The notes under the pieces: model-generated
Seen by the model: the letters and a program-made list of their open reading frames with translations, nothing else
Database searches by the model: none
Told to the model about the DNA's origin: nothing
Shown here: positions 9,901 to 21,463 of the stretch, piece after piece
Layout: every line of letters starts with the position of its first letter
How positions within the stretch are numbered: the first letter of the stretch is position 1
Translations under genes and position numbers: made by a program
Assembly (NCBI RefSeq): GCF_006345805.1
Contig: NW_021836644.1
Location: 1-23,154 of the forward strand
DNA: 23,154 nt
Direction of reading: 5' to 3'
From: Octopus sinensis
Lineage: Eukaryota

Positions 9901-10261
9901 TTGTACATATGCACACACAGATATACAGAATAATATTCATACAAAAACATGTATTTGAGTAGCTTTGTTGATTTAATGAGGGTTAAAAATCTAAAGACAA
10001 TATAACACTCACTCACACACATATACACGCATATGTAAATATGTGTTTCTTTACAAATATGTTGTTATTCTTTTATGCGTTTCAACCCAAAGGCTGTGAC
10101 CATCCTGGGATATCGCCAGTATCATTCGTCACCTTTTCGATGGCCATTCCTATTTGGTTGGCTTTTGGTGAATGAGGGAGGTTGATATTGCTGCCATCAT
10201 TTGAGATCTTGGACAGTAGAAGGTTATGGTGTTTCTAGAAAACATTTATCACTCCACCACC

Positions 10262-10345
<84 letters not shown>

Positions 10346-10413
10346 TGAGAGACAAGCAAGCAGACAGGCAGGCATGTAGGCAAACAGACAGGCACATTAT
10401 ATATATATATATC

Positions 10414-10445
<32 letters not shown>

Positions 10446-10450
10446 ATATA
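10262..10450. repeat. (AGAT)n, (AGAC)-like and (TA)n microsatellites
   Basis: Direct reading. Confidence 0.95.
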
Positions 10451-10840
10451 CTAGCAGTATCGCCCGGCGTTTCTCGGGTTTGTTTAGACCCTTTAGAATT
10501 GGAATTTTTGAAAAGTAAAATTTTGCATTATGTAGCTTGTTATTCTCTTTAAGTGAACATTTTTCTGGTTGAAATACACCGAAAAATGGCGACACAAGAG
10601 TAAAAAAATCGTAAAAATAGGGATTTTCACAGAGAAAAAGCACCTTTTTGATGTAAATAATTTTTGGTGTTAACATGGTCCGATTTGAATTTTTTCTTCT
10701 ACGGAAGGAAGAGCAAGCCTTCTTCTATCATACTCTCAATTTTGGTCAACTTGCGTCGCAGGGTCTCGGAGGAGATAGTATTAGTTGAAGGCTACCGATC
10801 CTGCCATACACAGACAACTTCAGCTTTATATATTTAGAGA
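10451..10840 (-). mobile_element. Non-autonomous Helitron (390 bp)
   Basis: Minus strand: A^TCTCTAAATATATAAAGCTGAAGTTG ... ACAAACCCGAGAAACGCCGGGCGATACTGCTAG^T. 3' end matches 597-991 at 32 of 33 nt. Confidence 0.85.
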
Positions 10841-11368
10841 TATACATATATCATAGTACAGTATAGGTTATACACACACGCATACAAGTAAATATATATG
10901 TACATTATATATACACACAGTTGTGTATGTTTGTGTGAGATGGGAGTGGTAGTGCAGACGCCGGATTCTGTGCCATTCTGAAGATTCTGAACTTGTAATC
11001 CTGATCAATAAACCAAAGGTTTTCACTGATCCTTCTACTCCAAGGAAGCTATCGATCTCAACATTGTCGATAGCATAATGCCCAACCAATAAAATCCACA
11101 AGTAGTTTTTTCTTCAAATTTTAATGCTTTTTTTCTTTTTTAAGGAATTAGGAAAATATAATGATATTGAGCGAAACTGGATGTCTTTGGAATCTTTGGA
11201 ATGTATTCGATTTGACAAAAAGTAAACTCAGTAATTGTGCCAAATTGTAACCCTTGTTTTCATTTGCAAAATTTCAAATGCGAGAGAAAGAAACGTGAAA
11301 ATCACTTTCATCGTATTTCTCTTTATACTTAGTGACATTCAGTGCAGTTCTCCTATGAGATATGAGAC

Positions 11369-11494
11369 GTTTTGGCGCCGTCGTTCTGGCACTACCGTTT
11401 TGGCGCTTCCGTTTTGGTGCTACCATCTTGGCGATGCCGTTTTGGTACTGCTGTTTTGGTGCTGCCATTTTGGCGCCACCTATTTGGCGTTGCT
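11369..11494 (+). repeat. Minisatellite, 9 x 14 bp, consensus GTTTTGGCGCTGCC
   Basis: Units start at 11369, 11383, 11397, 11411, 11425, 11439, 11453, 11467 and 11481. Confidence 0.92.
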
Positions 11495-12400
11495 GATACG
11501 ACGCTGACTTATTTGACATCAGACGTGTTAATATATCTCTCATTTTAATGTTTTTCTTTTCTCTCTCACCCCATCTCTCTCTCTCTATATATATGTGTGT
11601 GTGAGCATATTTTTCTTTATGTGCATGAAGAGAGGGAAAGTGTTTATATCAATCGTGCTCAATAAATTGTACTGTCTCTCTCTTCCTCTCTTTCCCTCTC
11701 TCTCTCTCTCTCACTCACTCTCTATCTGTATCTGTATATTTCTAATGCGTGTGTATGTGTGTGTATGCTTCACTTCAGATAATTTTCGCATTCTAAACAA
11801 AGCCTAATTAATTCAACTATTGAGCTTTAGAATAGTTCGCTTTTGTTATTTGCTTTGCAAGATTCTAGATGTAAACTCGCATGTTGAAACAGATTTTGTT
11901 ATATCTAGGGAAGGTTGTCAATGATGAGGTTGCAAATGGCGATGAAAAGGCTAAAAAAGACTAATTGGAAAATCGATTACTTAATTGGTTAAATAGTAAA
12001 CTAGTTGAATACTAATAATAAAAGAAGTGAATAGAACCAGTACGTGTGTTTATTATTGGCATAAAGACCCTCTAGAAATGCAACAATATTTATCTAAGGC
12101 TAACACAATTGACTTGAGCTGATACAGCTTGGAACCAATGACGATTGCTGAATTGGTTAAATAGTTAACCAGTTGACTAATAATAACAGTAGAAGTAAAA
12201 TAGAGCCAGTGCGTGGATATATTATTGGTACAATGACCTTCCCGAGATACAACGTTTAATCAAGGGAAACACCACCGGATATGGATTGAAACACTGTCAA
12301 CAGAGTCTAGGCTGTCTAAAAGTAAAGAATGAAGCCAATAGCATAAGGCACCACACCCTCCACCGCCCTCTTTAACAGTTCCGTCAATCCACCGCCCTAG

Positions 12401-12472
12401 ACTGGTGCTTTTTCTTTTATCAACCCATGAGAGGATGAAAAAGTTGACTTCAGTGGCATTTAAACTCAGAGC
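12401..12472 (-). mobile_element. Degenerate SINE-A-like central fragment
   Basis: Reverse complement gctctgagtttaaatgccactgaagtcaactttttcatcctctcatgggttgataaaag...gcaccagt. Confidence 0.5.
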
Positions 12473-12786
12473 TCCAAGAATTGAAACAAATTTTGCGATA
12501 TACTGCGATGATTGTGCCAATTCGCGCGTCTTCGTGCACACTGAGTTACCCTTCAGGGGAAGAGGATGTAAGAATGAGGTTGTTTCTGGAATGATTCACT
12601 AATTCTGCCATTCATCTACCCGCTAATTGAAAGAATTATCACACTGAGATCGAAAAGTAACACCGAACACGCAGAATGGAAATCGAACCATCTTTCATAA
12701 TCTAACCAGGTAGAGCTGCTATCTTTTACATAGTGTAAACTTTCAAGCTCAACTGTTGCTTACGAGTGTACAACATTTAATATGTC

Positions 12787-12966
12787 TTCGTCTGCCGTTT
12801 ACGTTCTGGGTTCAAATTCCGCCGAGGTCCACTTTGCTTTTCATCCTTTCGGGGTCGATAAATTAAGTACCAGTTACACACTGGCGTCGATGTAATCGAC
12901 TTAATCCGTTTGTCTGTCCTTGTTCGTCCTCTCTGTGTTTAGCCCCTTGTGGGTAGTAAAGAAATA
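12787..12966 (+). mobile_element. SINE-A, head-less single unit
   Basis: ttcgtctgccg...gttcaaattccgccgagg...gtagtaaagaaata, near-identical to 14247-14430. Confidence 0.9.
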
Positions 12967-13513
12967 TATATATTACATGAATGTAAGTGTATATTCATAT
13001 TTATATGTGTGTGCGTGTAAATATGAATGTTAGTTAGTTAGTTAGTTAATGAGATGAATATGTGTGCTTGTATATGTACGTGTGCGTGCGTCTGCATGTG
13101 TGTGTGTGCGCGCGTGTAATTGAAATATGTTGTATGATGCAATATAATATGAGATATATCAACGCGTAAATACGATGCTAATGGTCTCTTGCATGTTATT
13201 ATGGAGTCTATTCACCTAAAGTTCATTAACCTGGGATGAATATTCTAAATACAATAAACTCATACATCACATCCAATCCGATGATGGCTAAAGAAAATGT
13301 CAAAATACAACTCAATCTCATTCTTAATGATATTCAAGCTTGGAAAATGTAACGCAGTCTCCTCACTTGATGATCTGGCTAATTGCTAGAACGGATAAAC
13401 GATTCAACATAATGCTGGTTAACAAAAAGTTACAAACTGTGGATTTCATTCTTCATGCGCACTCGCTCTCTTATACATATAAGTCTTTTGTGTGCGTCTA
13501 CATGCGCATATAT

Positions 13514-13937
13514 TTACTCTTTACTCTTTTACTCTTTTACTTGTTTCAGTCATTTGACTGCGGCCATGCTGGAGCACCGCCTTTAGTCGAGCAAATCGAC
13601 CCCGGGACTTATTCTTTTGTAAGCCCAGTACTTATTCTATCGGTCTCTTTTTGCCGAACCGCTAAGTGACGGGGACGTAAACACACCAGCATCGGTTGTC
13701 AAGCAATGATAGGGGGACAAACACAGACACACAAACATATACACACACACTTATATATATATATACATATATACGACAGGCTTCTTTCAGTTTCCGTCTA
13801 CCAAATCCACTCACAAGGCATTGGTCGGCCCGGAGCTATAGCAGAAGACACTTGCCCAAGGTGCCACGCAGTGGGACTGAACTTGGAATCATGTGGTTGG
13901 TTAGCAAGCAACTTACCACACAGCCACTCCTGCGCCT
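13514..13937 (-). mobile_element. SINE-B, full length
   Basis: Collinear with 1216-1622. Confidence 0.92.
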
Positions 13938-13970
13938 ATTTGTGTGTGGGATTTTCTTGTTTCATATATA

Positions 13971-14588
13971 TATCGCTTGATAACCGATGCTATTGTGTTT
14001 ACGTACCCGTAACATAGCGGCGAGCTGGCAGACACGTTAGCACGCCGGGCGAAATGCTTTGCGGTATTTCGTCTGCCGTTACGTTGTGAGTTCAAATTCC
14101 GCCGAGGTCGACTTAACCTTTCATCCTTTCGGGGTCGATAAATTAAGTACCAGTTACGCACCGGGATCGATGTAATCGACTTAATACCTATGTCTGTCCT
14201 TGTTTGTCCCCTCTGTGTTTAGCCCCTTGTGGGTAATAAAGAAATAGGTATTTCGTCTGCCGTTACGTTGTGAGTTCAAATTCCGCCGAGGTCGACTTTG
14301 CCTTTCATCGTTTCGGGGTCGATAAATTAAGTACCAGTTATGCACTGGGGTCGATGTAATCGACTTAATACCTATGTCTGTCCTTGTTTGTCCCCTCTGT
14401 GTTTAGCCCCTTGTGGGTAATAAAGAAATAGGTACCCGTAGCATAGCGGTTCGGCAAAAAAGAGACCGATAGAATAAGTACTAGGCTTACAAAGAATAAG
14501 TGCTGGGGTCGATTTGCTCGACTAAAGGCGGTGCTCCAGCATGGCCGCAGTCAAATGGCTGAAACAAGTAAAAGAATGAGAGAGTAAA
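13971..14588 (+). mobile_element. SINE-B 3' half (13971-14020 plus 14432-14588), interrupted by SINE-A
   Basis: The two pieces join into the SINE-B consensus gtgtttacgt.cccgtaac.tagcggttcggcaaaa. Confidence 0.88.
14021..14431 (+). mobile_element. SINE-A with head and two tandem 184-bp units
   Basis: A-box-like TGGCAGACACG, B-box-like GAGTTCAAATTCC; units 14063-14246 and 14247-14430; 18-bp duplication at 14003-14020 and 14432-14449. Confidence 0.92.
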
Positions 14589-15082
14589 CAAGAAGAAATG
14601 ACAAAAAAATAATATAAAACCTGTCTTACTTCAACGGAATTTTCCACAGGAAAAAGCTGAATGAGTGAGAGTAAATAATCTTGAGAATGGCTTACAGTGA
14701 TGGTGCTGGTAGCGGATAGAAGAATTGTGAGAGAGGAGGGAAATGCAGAAAGCAGAGTTAAGTCTGAAAGAGAGCTGGTAAAACATTGGAGATGAACAGA
14801 TTACGATGATGGAGAACGGAAGAGAAAATAAATGGCTGGGAGAACAAGAGGGAAATATTAAACGGCAAAAATGATTTTTTTTTTCACTTGAAAAATGGCT
14901 CGCACTTGACTCTATGTTTTAGTTTTCTGGTTCCATCTTGAGGAATAAATGTCATTAAATTCAAAATCTATTACGTACGGTATTCCATACTTCACGTTTT
15001 ACCTAAATTATCCAATTTGATGTCATCTCTTTGAGTTATTTCCCTTTAGTCTCTTTATTTGAATGAGTGTATCTTTTATATT

Positions 15083-15200
15083 AAGACTGCGGTCATGCTG
15101 TAGCACCGCCTTGGAGGATTTCCTCGAACGAATCGACCCCATTACTTACTTTTAAGTGCAGTACTTTTTCTATAATTTTCTTTTGCTAAATCCCCAAGTT
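15083..15200 (-). mobile_element. Degenerate SINE-B-like 3' fragment
   Basis: gactgcggtcatgctgtagcaccgcctt...gaatcgacccc. Confidence 0.65.
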
Positions 15201-15212
15201 ATCTTCCAAGGG

Positions 15213-15392
<180 letters not shown>

Positions 15393-15519
15393 GTAATTAT
15401 GTGTACATACATACATACAAACAGACAGACAGACAGACAGACCGGCAGGAAGACAGACAGACAGAATGTGTGTGTATGTACGGACGCGCGTAATGTCAGC
15501 TGCTGCTAATATAAGAGAT

Positions 15520-15548
15520 AAGATGATGATGGTGCTGATGATGATGAC

Positions 15549-15598
<50 letters not shown>

Positions 15599-15635
15599 CG
15601 ACGACGACGATGATGACGATGATGATGATGATGAC

Positions 15636-15675
<40 letters not shown>

Positions 15676-15800
15676 GTAATGATGACGATGATGATGACGA
15701 TGATGATGGTGATGGTGCTGATGAAGATGGTGCTGATGTTGATGATGTTGATGATGATGATGATGATGATGACAACGATAAGGATGAATATGATGATTAC
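15520..15800. repeat. (GAT)n/(GAC)n trinucleotide array
   Basis: Direct reading; source of the poly-M and poly-S ORFs. Confidence 0.97.
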
Positions 15801-15909
15801 AGTAATAGTGATAATGAGGGCGGTTTTGAATTAGAGGAAGAGGTCAATGAAGAGGAAGGCGAAGCAACGGATAGAAGAAACTCCAACAATTATGTCAACA
15901 TGACCCAGA

Positions 15910-15922
15910 CAACAGCAGCAGC

Positions 15923-15993
<71 letters not shown>

Positions 15994-16040
15994 TCACCGT
16001 CACCACCACCACCACCACCACCACCACCACCACCACCACT
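15910..16040. repeat. (CAG)(CAA)n(CTA)n(CCA)n compound array
   Basis: Direct reading. Confidence 0.97.
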
Positions 16041-16069
16041 ATTCTAAATCGCTTTAATCTTTCGTGTTT

Positions 16070-16085
16070 ACACATACATATACAC

Positions 16086-16118
<33 letters not shown>

Positions 16119-16368
16119 TGTATGTATGTATGTATGCATGTATGTATGCATGTATGTATGTATGTATGTATGTGTGTATGTATGTATGTATGTATTTATG
16201 TATGTATGTATGTGTGTATGTAAGTATTTATGTATGTATGTATGTATGTATGTGTGTATGTATGTGTGTATGCATGTATGTATGTATGTAAGTATGTATG
16301 TATGTATGTATGTATGTATGCATGTATGTATGTATGTGTGTATGTATGTATGTATGTGTGTATGTATG

Positions 16369-16399
<31 letters not shown>

Positions 16400-16590
16400 G
16401 TATGCATGTATGTATGTATGTATGTATGTGTGTATGTATGTATGTATGTATGTGTGTATGCATGTATGCATGAATGGATGCTTCTTTGTTATGTATGTAT
16501 GCATACATGCATGCATGCATAGATGTATGTATGTATGTATGTATATATGTATGTCTGTCTCCCACTGTGTGTGCGTGTGCGTGCGCGCGA
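16070..16590. repeat. (TGTA)n array
   Basis: Direct reading. Confidence 0.97.
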
Positions 16591-16771
16591 GTATGAAGAA
16601 AGAGAAAGAGCAGAAATGGTTGTATATATGTTTATAAATGTCTATCTTCCCATCTCCTCTTTCCTTTTATTATACAGTTCGTCCTTTCCATTAGTGACCA
16701 CCACCACCACAGAATACCATTCTATACCCTCATTCTTTCTTAAGATCCTTCGGCCCTCTTTTCGCTCCTTT

Positions 16772-17165
16772 CATTCTTTTCTACTTTAAGCACAAGGCCC
16801 GAAATTTTGTGGGAGGAAGCCAGACAATTAGATCGGCCCCAGTACGCAACTGGTACTAAATTATCGACCCCGAAAGGATGAAAGGCAAAGTCGGCGGAAT
16901 TTGAACTCAGAACGTAAAGACAGACGAAATACCTATTTCTTTACTATCCACAAGGGGCTAAACACAGAGAGGACAAACAAGGACAGACAAACGGATTAAG
17001 TCGATTATATCGACCCCACTACGTAACTGGTACTTCATTTATCGACCTCGAAAGGATGAAAGGCAAAGTCGACCTCGGCAGAATTTGAACTCAGAACGTA
17101 ACGGCAGACAAAATACGGCTACGCATTTCGTCCGGCGTGCTAACATTTCTGCCACCTCACAGCCT
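16772..17165 (-). mobile_element. SINE-A with head and two tandem units (second unit has a different tail)
   Basis: Head aggctgtgaggtggcagaaatgttagcacgccgg; junction aaagaaata|ggtatttcg at 16934/16933; period 184. Confidence 0.88.
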
Positions 17166-17391
17166 TTCACTCATTCTATTAAATCAACCTTACCCAGCTT
17201 TGTCTCATCCTTCATTACAACATGAACACCACACGGACGATAAAGACCACGCCCACGACGACAACGACCACCACAGCGGAAACCACCACCACCACCACCA
17301 CCACTACTACTGTCACTTCCGCTAATACCACCACCATCATCACCATCATATTATTTATTCGCCGGGTATGCTAGAAACAGCAACCCAAACC

Positions 17392-17482
17392 TAGGGCCGG
17401 CTTAATAGCATTATAGCCTTCCCCCACCAGGCAAATAAATACACTGGGCCCTATAGCATTTATCTTTTAGCAAGTCACATGA

Positions 17483-17571
<89 letters not shown>

Positions 17572-17572
17572 G

Positions 17573-17640
<68 letters not shown>

Positions 17641-17738
17641 ATAATGTATGTATATATATATGATAATTGGGTTGGGGCCCTAGATATGCGAGGCCCCTGG
17701 GCAACTGTCCAATGTGCCCTTGTCTTAAAACAGCACTG
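17392..17738. mobile_element. hAT-type MITE with internal (TA)n
   Basis: 8-bp TSD cccaaacc at 17384-17391 and 17739-17746; imperfect 14-bp TIRs TAGGGCCGGCTTAA and CAGTGCTGTTTTAA (9/14). Confidence 0.75.
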
Positions 17739-17822
17739 CCCAAACCCCTCCTATGAGTCAACGCGCTACCACTTTATTTAAATGCAGGTGCACATTGGAC
17801 AAAAATTTTGGAGCAGGAAATT

Positions 17823-17934
17823 AAAGGATGAAAGGAAGAGTCGACCACGCAGGAATTTGAACTCAGAACGTTGAGGAACGAAATGCCGCAAAGTAGTTTG
17901 TTAAGTGTGCCAACAATTCTGCCTGCTCGTCGCT
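17823..17934 (-). mobile_element. SINE-A, degenerate 5' part
   Basis: aaggatgaaagg..gtcgacc..ggaatttgaactcagaacg...aattctgcctgctcgtcgct. Confidence 0.75.
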
Positions 17935-18113
17935 GGTGCAGTATTTAGAGTTAGCGCATGTGCGAATTTGTGTGTTTTGTTTCATGTATGTATTCTCACA
18001 CATATTGGTTGCATGCCTAGAAATGCGCGTATGATGAAAGGGAGAGAGAGAGAGGGGGGGAGGAGAGAGAGAGAAGAGAAAAGGTTGTATTTTGTCTCTG
18101 TCCTCTTTCATTA

Positions 18114-18190
18114 TCAGATCGTAAAGTCAGAAGAAATGCCGCTACGCACTTTTGTCCGGCGTGTTAACCGTTCTGCGAGCTTGCTTGCTT
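18114..18190 (-). mobile_element. SINE-A, head fragment
   Basis: gaaatgccgctacgcacttttgtccggcgtgttaaccgttctgc. Confidence 0.65.
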
Positions 18191-18306
18191 TGTTAAAAAT
18201 TGACCGACAATAATGAAAGAATTGAAATAGAACCGGTGCGTGTGTTTATTATTGGTGTAGTAACCTATCCGGGATACCACAGTATTCAATAAAATGTGAT
18301 ATTTTA

Positions 18307-18460
18307 TCTTTTACTTGCTTCAGTCGTTAGACTGCGGCTATGCAGGGGCACTGCTTTGAATAAATTTTAGCCGAACGAATCGAAACTAGCACTTATTTTT
18401 TTAACCTGGTACTTATTCTGTCGGTTTCACAGCCGAACAGCTAAGTTACGGGGACGCAAG
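18307..18460 (-). mobile_element. Degenerate SINE-B-like 3' fragment ending at the (ATT)n array
   Basis: ttttacttgcttcagtcgttagactgcggctatgc...gccgaacagctaagttacggggacg. Confidence 0.75.
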
Positions 18461-18462
18461 CA

Positions 18463-18525
18463 ATTATTATTATTATGATTATTATTATTATTATTATTAT
18501 CATTATTATTACTATTATTATTATT

Positions 18526-18572
<47 letters not shown>

Positions 18573-18654
18573 CATTATTATCATTATTATTATTATTATT
18601 ATTATTATCATTATTATTATTATTATTATCAATATTATTATTATTATTATTATT
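18463..18654. repeat. (ATT)n array, left flank of the embedded element
   Basis: Direct reading. Confidence 0.97.
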
Positions 18655-19208
18655 GAGTGAGCGAGCAGAGCATGCCATCAAAGTGACACTGGGGTAAAAT
18701 ATACGAAGCCCAGTATACCCATCATGACTACCCGTCTGATAAGGGTACACCAGGCACATGCATCACAACCATATGTGCGCGACATGGTGATCTCATATCA
18801 AGATAAACAGCACATGACCTTGCAGGTGGAGCCCAGTTAGAATTTTCTTCAGATCGAGTAACCCATCCCGCTCAAAAGATCCCTGAATAAGGGTTGTTTT
18901 AGGACGTTGAACGAAACACCCATGTTTCCAGAGGTGAATTATTCAAACCCCAAAGAATCCTTCTCAACACATGGCTATGATGCTCCCCCACTACTTCTGC
19001 TCGTGATCAGAGATGCACATAGTGTCAGCCACTAAGGGACATGGTCAACTGGTTAAGGTCAAACAACTGACAAGCAAATCTGTGGTATTGAGCAGAATAT
19101 TTGCTGTAGCCCATCTTTTATACCAAGACAAAACAATGTACATGATAACACTTCCAATCAGTTAAGATCAGAAGCCATGAGAGCCACTGCCTGGTACTGC
19201 ATCAGGGC

Positions 19209-19211
<3 letters not shown>
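18655..19211 (-). mobile_element. ~557-bp non-coding element embedded in (AAT)n
   Basis: Balanced-composition sequence with sharp boundaries, the same-strand triplet array on both sides, no TIR and no credible ORF. Strand inferred from the (AAT)n tail convention. Confidence 0.6.
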
Positions 19212-19241
<30 letters not shown>

Positions 19242-19261
19242 CATTATTATTATTATTATTA

Positions 19262-19297
<36 letters not shown>

Positions 19298-19383
19298 CAT
19301 TATTATTATTATTATTATTATCATCATCATCATCATCATTATTATTATTATTATTATTATCATTATTATTATTATCATTATTA

Positions 19384-19414
<31 letters not shown>

Positions 19415-19427
19415 CATTATTATCATT

Positions 19428-19460
<33 letters not shown>

Positions 19461-19514
19461 CTTATTATTATTATATTATTATTATTATCATTATTATTAT
19501 TATCATTATTATCA

Positions 19515-19593
<79 letters not shown>

Positions 19594-19618
19594 CATCATC
19601 ATTATTATTATTATTATT
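19212..19618. repeat. (ATT)n/(ATC)n array, right flank
   Basis: Direct reading. Confidence 0.97.
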
Positions 19619-20048
19619 GAGGTGGTGAGCTTGCTGAATCGTTAGCGCGTCGAACAGAAAGTTTAGCGGCATTTCTTCCGGTTCTTTTTGTTCTGAGTAA
19701 AAAATTCCGCCGGAATCAGCATTGCCTTTTATTTTTCAAGGTCGATGAAATACATACCAATCAAGTACTGGAGTTGATGTGATAGACTTCGCTTCCCCCC
19801 TAAAGTGCTGGCCTTGTGCCAAAAATTTGATACAAAGGTAAGGGAACTGGGCGAATTGTTCGCACGTCTAATAAAATACTCAGCGACACTGCTTCTGGTT
19901 CTTTACGTTCTGAGTTCAAATCCCACGGAAGTTGAATTTTTTCTTTTGGAATCGATAAAATAAGAACCGGTTGAGCTTTTTGAGTCGATGTAATCATCTT
20001 GCTCCTCGCGTTACAATTGTTGGCCTTGTATCAAAATTAGAAAGAATT
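19619..20048 (+). mobile_element. Two degenerate head-to-tail SINE-A-like copies (19619-19834, 19839-20048)
   Basis: Each has a head, gttctgagt, a gtcgat.aaat segment and a ggccttgt..caaaa tail. Confidence 0.7.
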
Positions 20049-20596
20049 CTTGTATGTTTGTTTTATTTTTAGTACATGTCAGGTGGTGGTGGTGGTGGTG
20101 GGATTGGCGGCAGCAATGATGATGTCGAGGGAAGACGGGAGGTAAGAAAGTAATCTGGAAATGGAAAAGTAATAAAAGCGAAATGTATCTGATGACAAGA
20201 GATATAAGGAGAAAACTATTTCGAGATAACCGGAAGTGATAAGAGGTATCTATGTTTTAGCGTCTAAAAACAGCAGTATGAGTTATGCTATAATTATCTA
20301 TATGGTAGGTATGCGTGCTTAAGCATGCGCATTGAAGACCAAGAACATATCAAAAGTTATGAATGAGTTTGAAGATCGGTGTGTAGTCTTGCACAGTGTA
20401 AGGATATATAGGTTCCATTCACACCTGTTGTTTACTGTTGTGATTCATATTGGTGCTTTTGCTGTTATTTCTAGCGTTGCTCATGCATGCCTTCGTAATG
20501 CAGGTAGCCTACCATGTACGTTTGTGATAAGGGCGTAGTAAATTACATAGAAGCACTCATAAAACTAGTTAAGAGTAAATTATTCCAAAATCTCAC

Positions 20597-20742
20597 GTGT
20601 TAAGAAGCTCGCTTCCCAACTACATGTTTCTGGGTTCAATACCACTGGGAGGCGCCTTGGGCAAGTGCCCCCTACTATAGCCTCGGGCCGACCAAAGCCT
20701 TGTGAGTAGATTTAGACAAAAACCGAAAGAAGCCCGTCGTAT
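20597..20742 (+). mobile_element. SINE-B, 5' half
   Basis: ttaagaagctcgct...ccttgggcaagtg...aagccttgtgagt...aaagaagcccgtcgtat. Confidence 0.85.
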
Positions 20743-20810
20743 GTATGTATGTATGTATGTATGTATGTATGTATGTTATGTATGTATGTATATGTATATG
20801 TATATAAATA

Positions 20811-21176
20811 CAGTGAACATTTAAACACATAAGAGGTATCAATCATAGGATACCTGGCACGCTAGAAGGAATAGCCAAAATCTAAACCACTATTAGGGAT
20901 AAATTTCGAAGGGAATGAAAAATAAAAACATTTACCACCTATTACCTGGATTATGGTTTCTGACTTTAAATTAGCAAATAAAATAATTTGCTATGCGAAA
21001 TTTATTTTATTTGCTAATTTAAAGTCAGAAACCATGGCCCAGAAAATAAATGGTTTATATTTTATTTTTCATTCCCTTCGAAATTTATTCCTAATAGTGG
21101 TTTGGATTTTGGCTATTCCTTCTAACATGCCAGGTACCCTATGATTGATACGTCTTCTCTGTTTAAATGTACACTG
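20811..21176. mobile_element. Palindromic MITE, Tc1/mariner-like (TA-CAGTG...CACTG-TA)
   Basis: Two ~179-bp inverted arms around an 8-nt centre (20990-20997); TA at 20809-20810 and 21177-21178. Confidence 0.8.
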
Positions 21177-21272
21177 TATTTCTATGAATAATATATGGTC
21201 TATTGGCTAAAATTTATACATGCTAGGCCTCTGGCAGTAAACATTTTCTAAAAACTTTGCTTACCCTGTTAT

Positions 21273-21280
<8 letters not shown>

Positions 21281-21326
<46 letters not shown>

Positions 21327-21355
21327 TATATATATATGCACACATATATATATAT

Positions 21356-21387
<32 letters not shown>

Positions 21388-21417
21388 GTGTACATATGTA
21401 TATATACATATATATAT

Positions 21418-21463
<46 letters not shown>

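Noticed and set aside
10868-11101. 77-aa minus-strand ORF in non-repetitive sequence
   Set aside because: Non-ATG start, runs into microsatellite, and no recognisable motif.
11369-11494. CRISPR-like reading of the 14-bp array
   Set aside because: Contiguous tandem units with no unique spacers, in eukaryotic context.
18985-19200. U1 snRNA-like words (taccaggcagtgg, gtagtggggga) in the (AAT)n-embedded element
   Set aside because: Only short scattered matches with wrong spacing; the intervening sequence does not align.
20893-21275. Half-matches to the I-SceI site (tagggataa, ttaccctgttat)
   Set aside because: Partial, far apart and expected by chance in AT-rich DNA.
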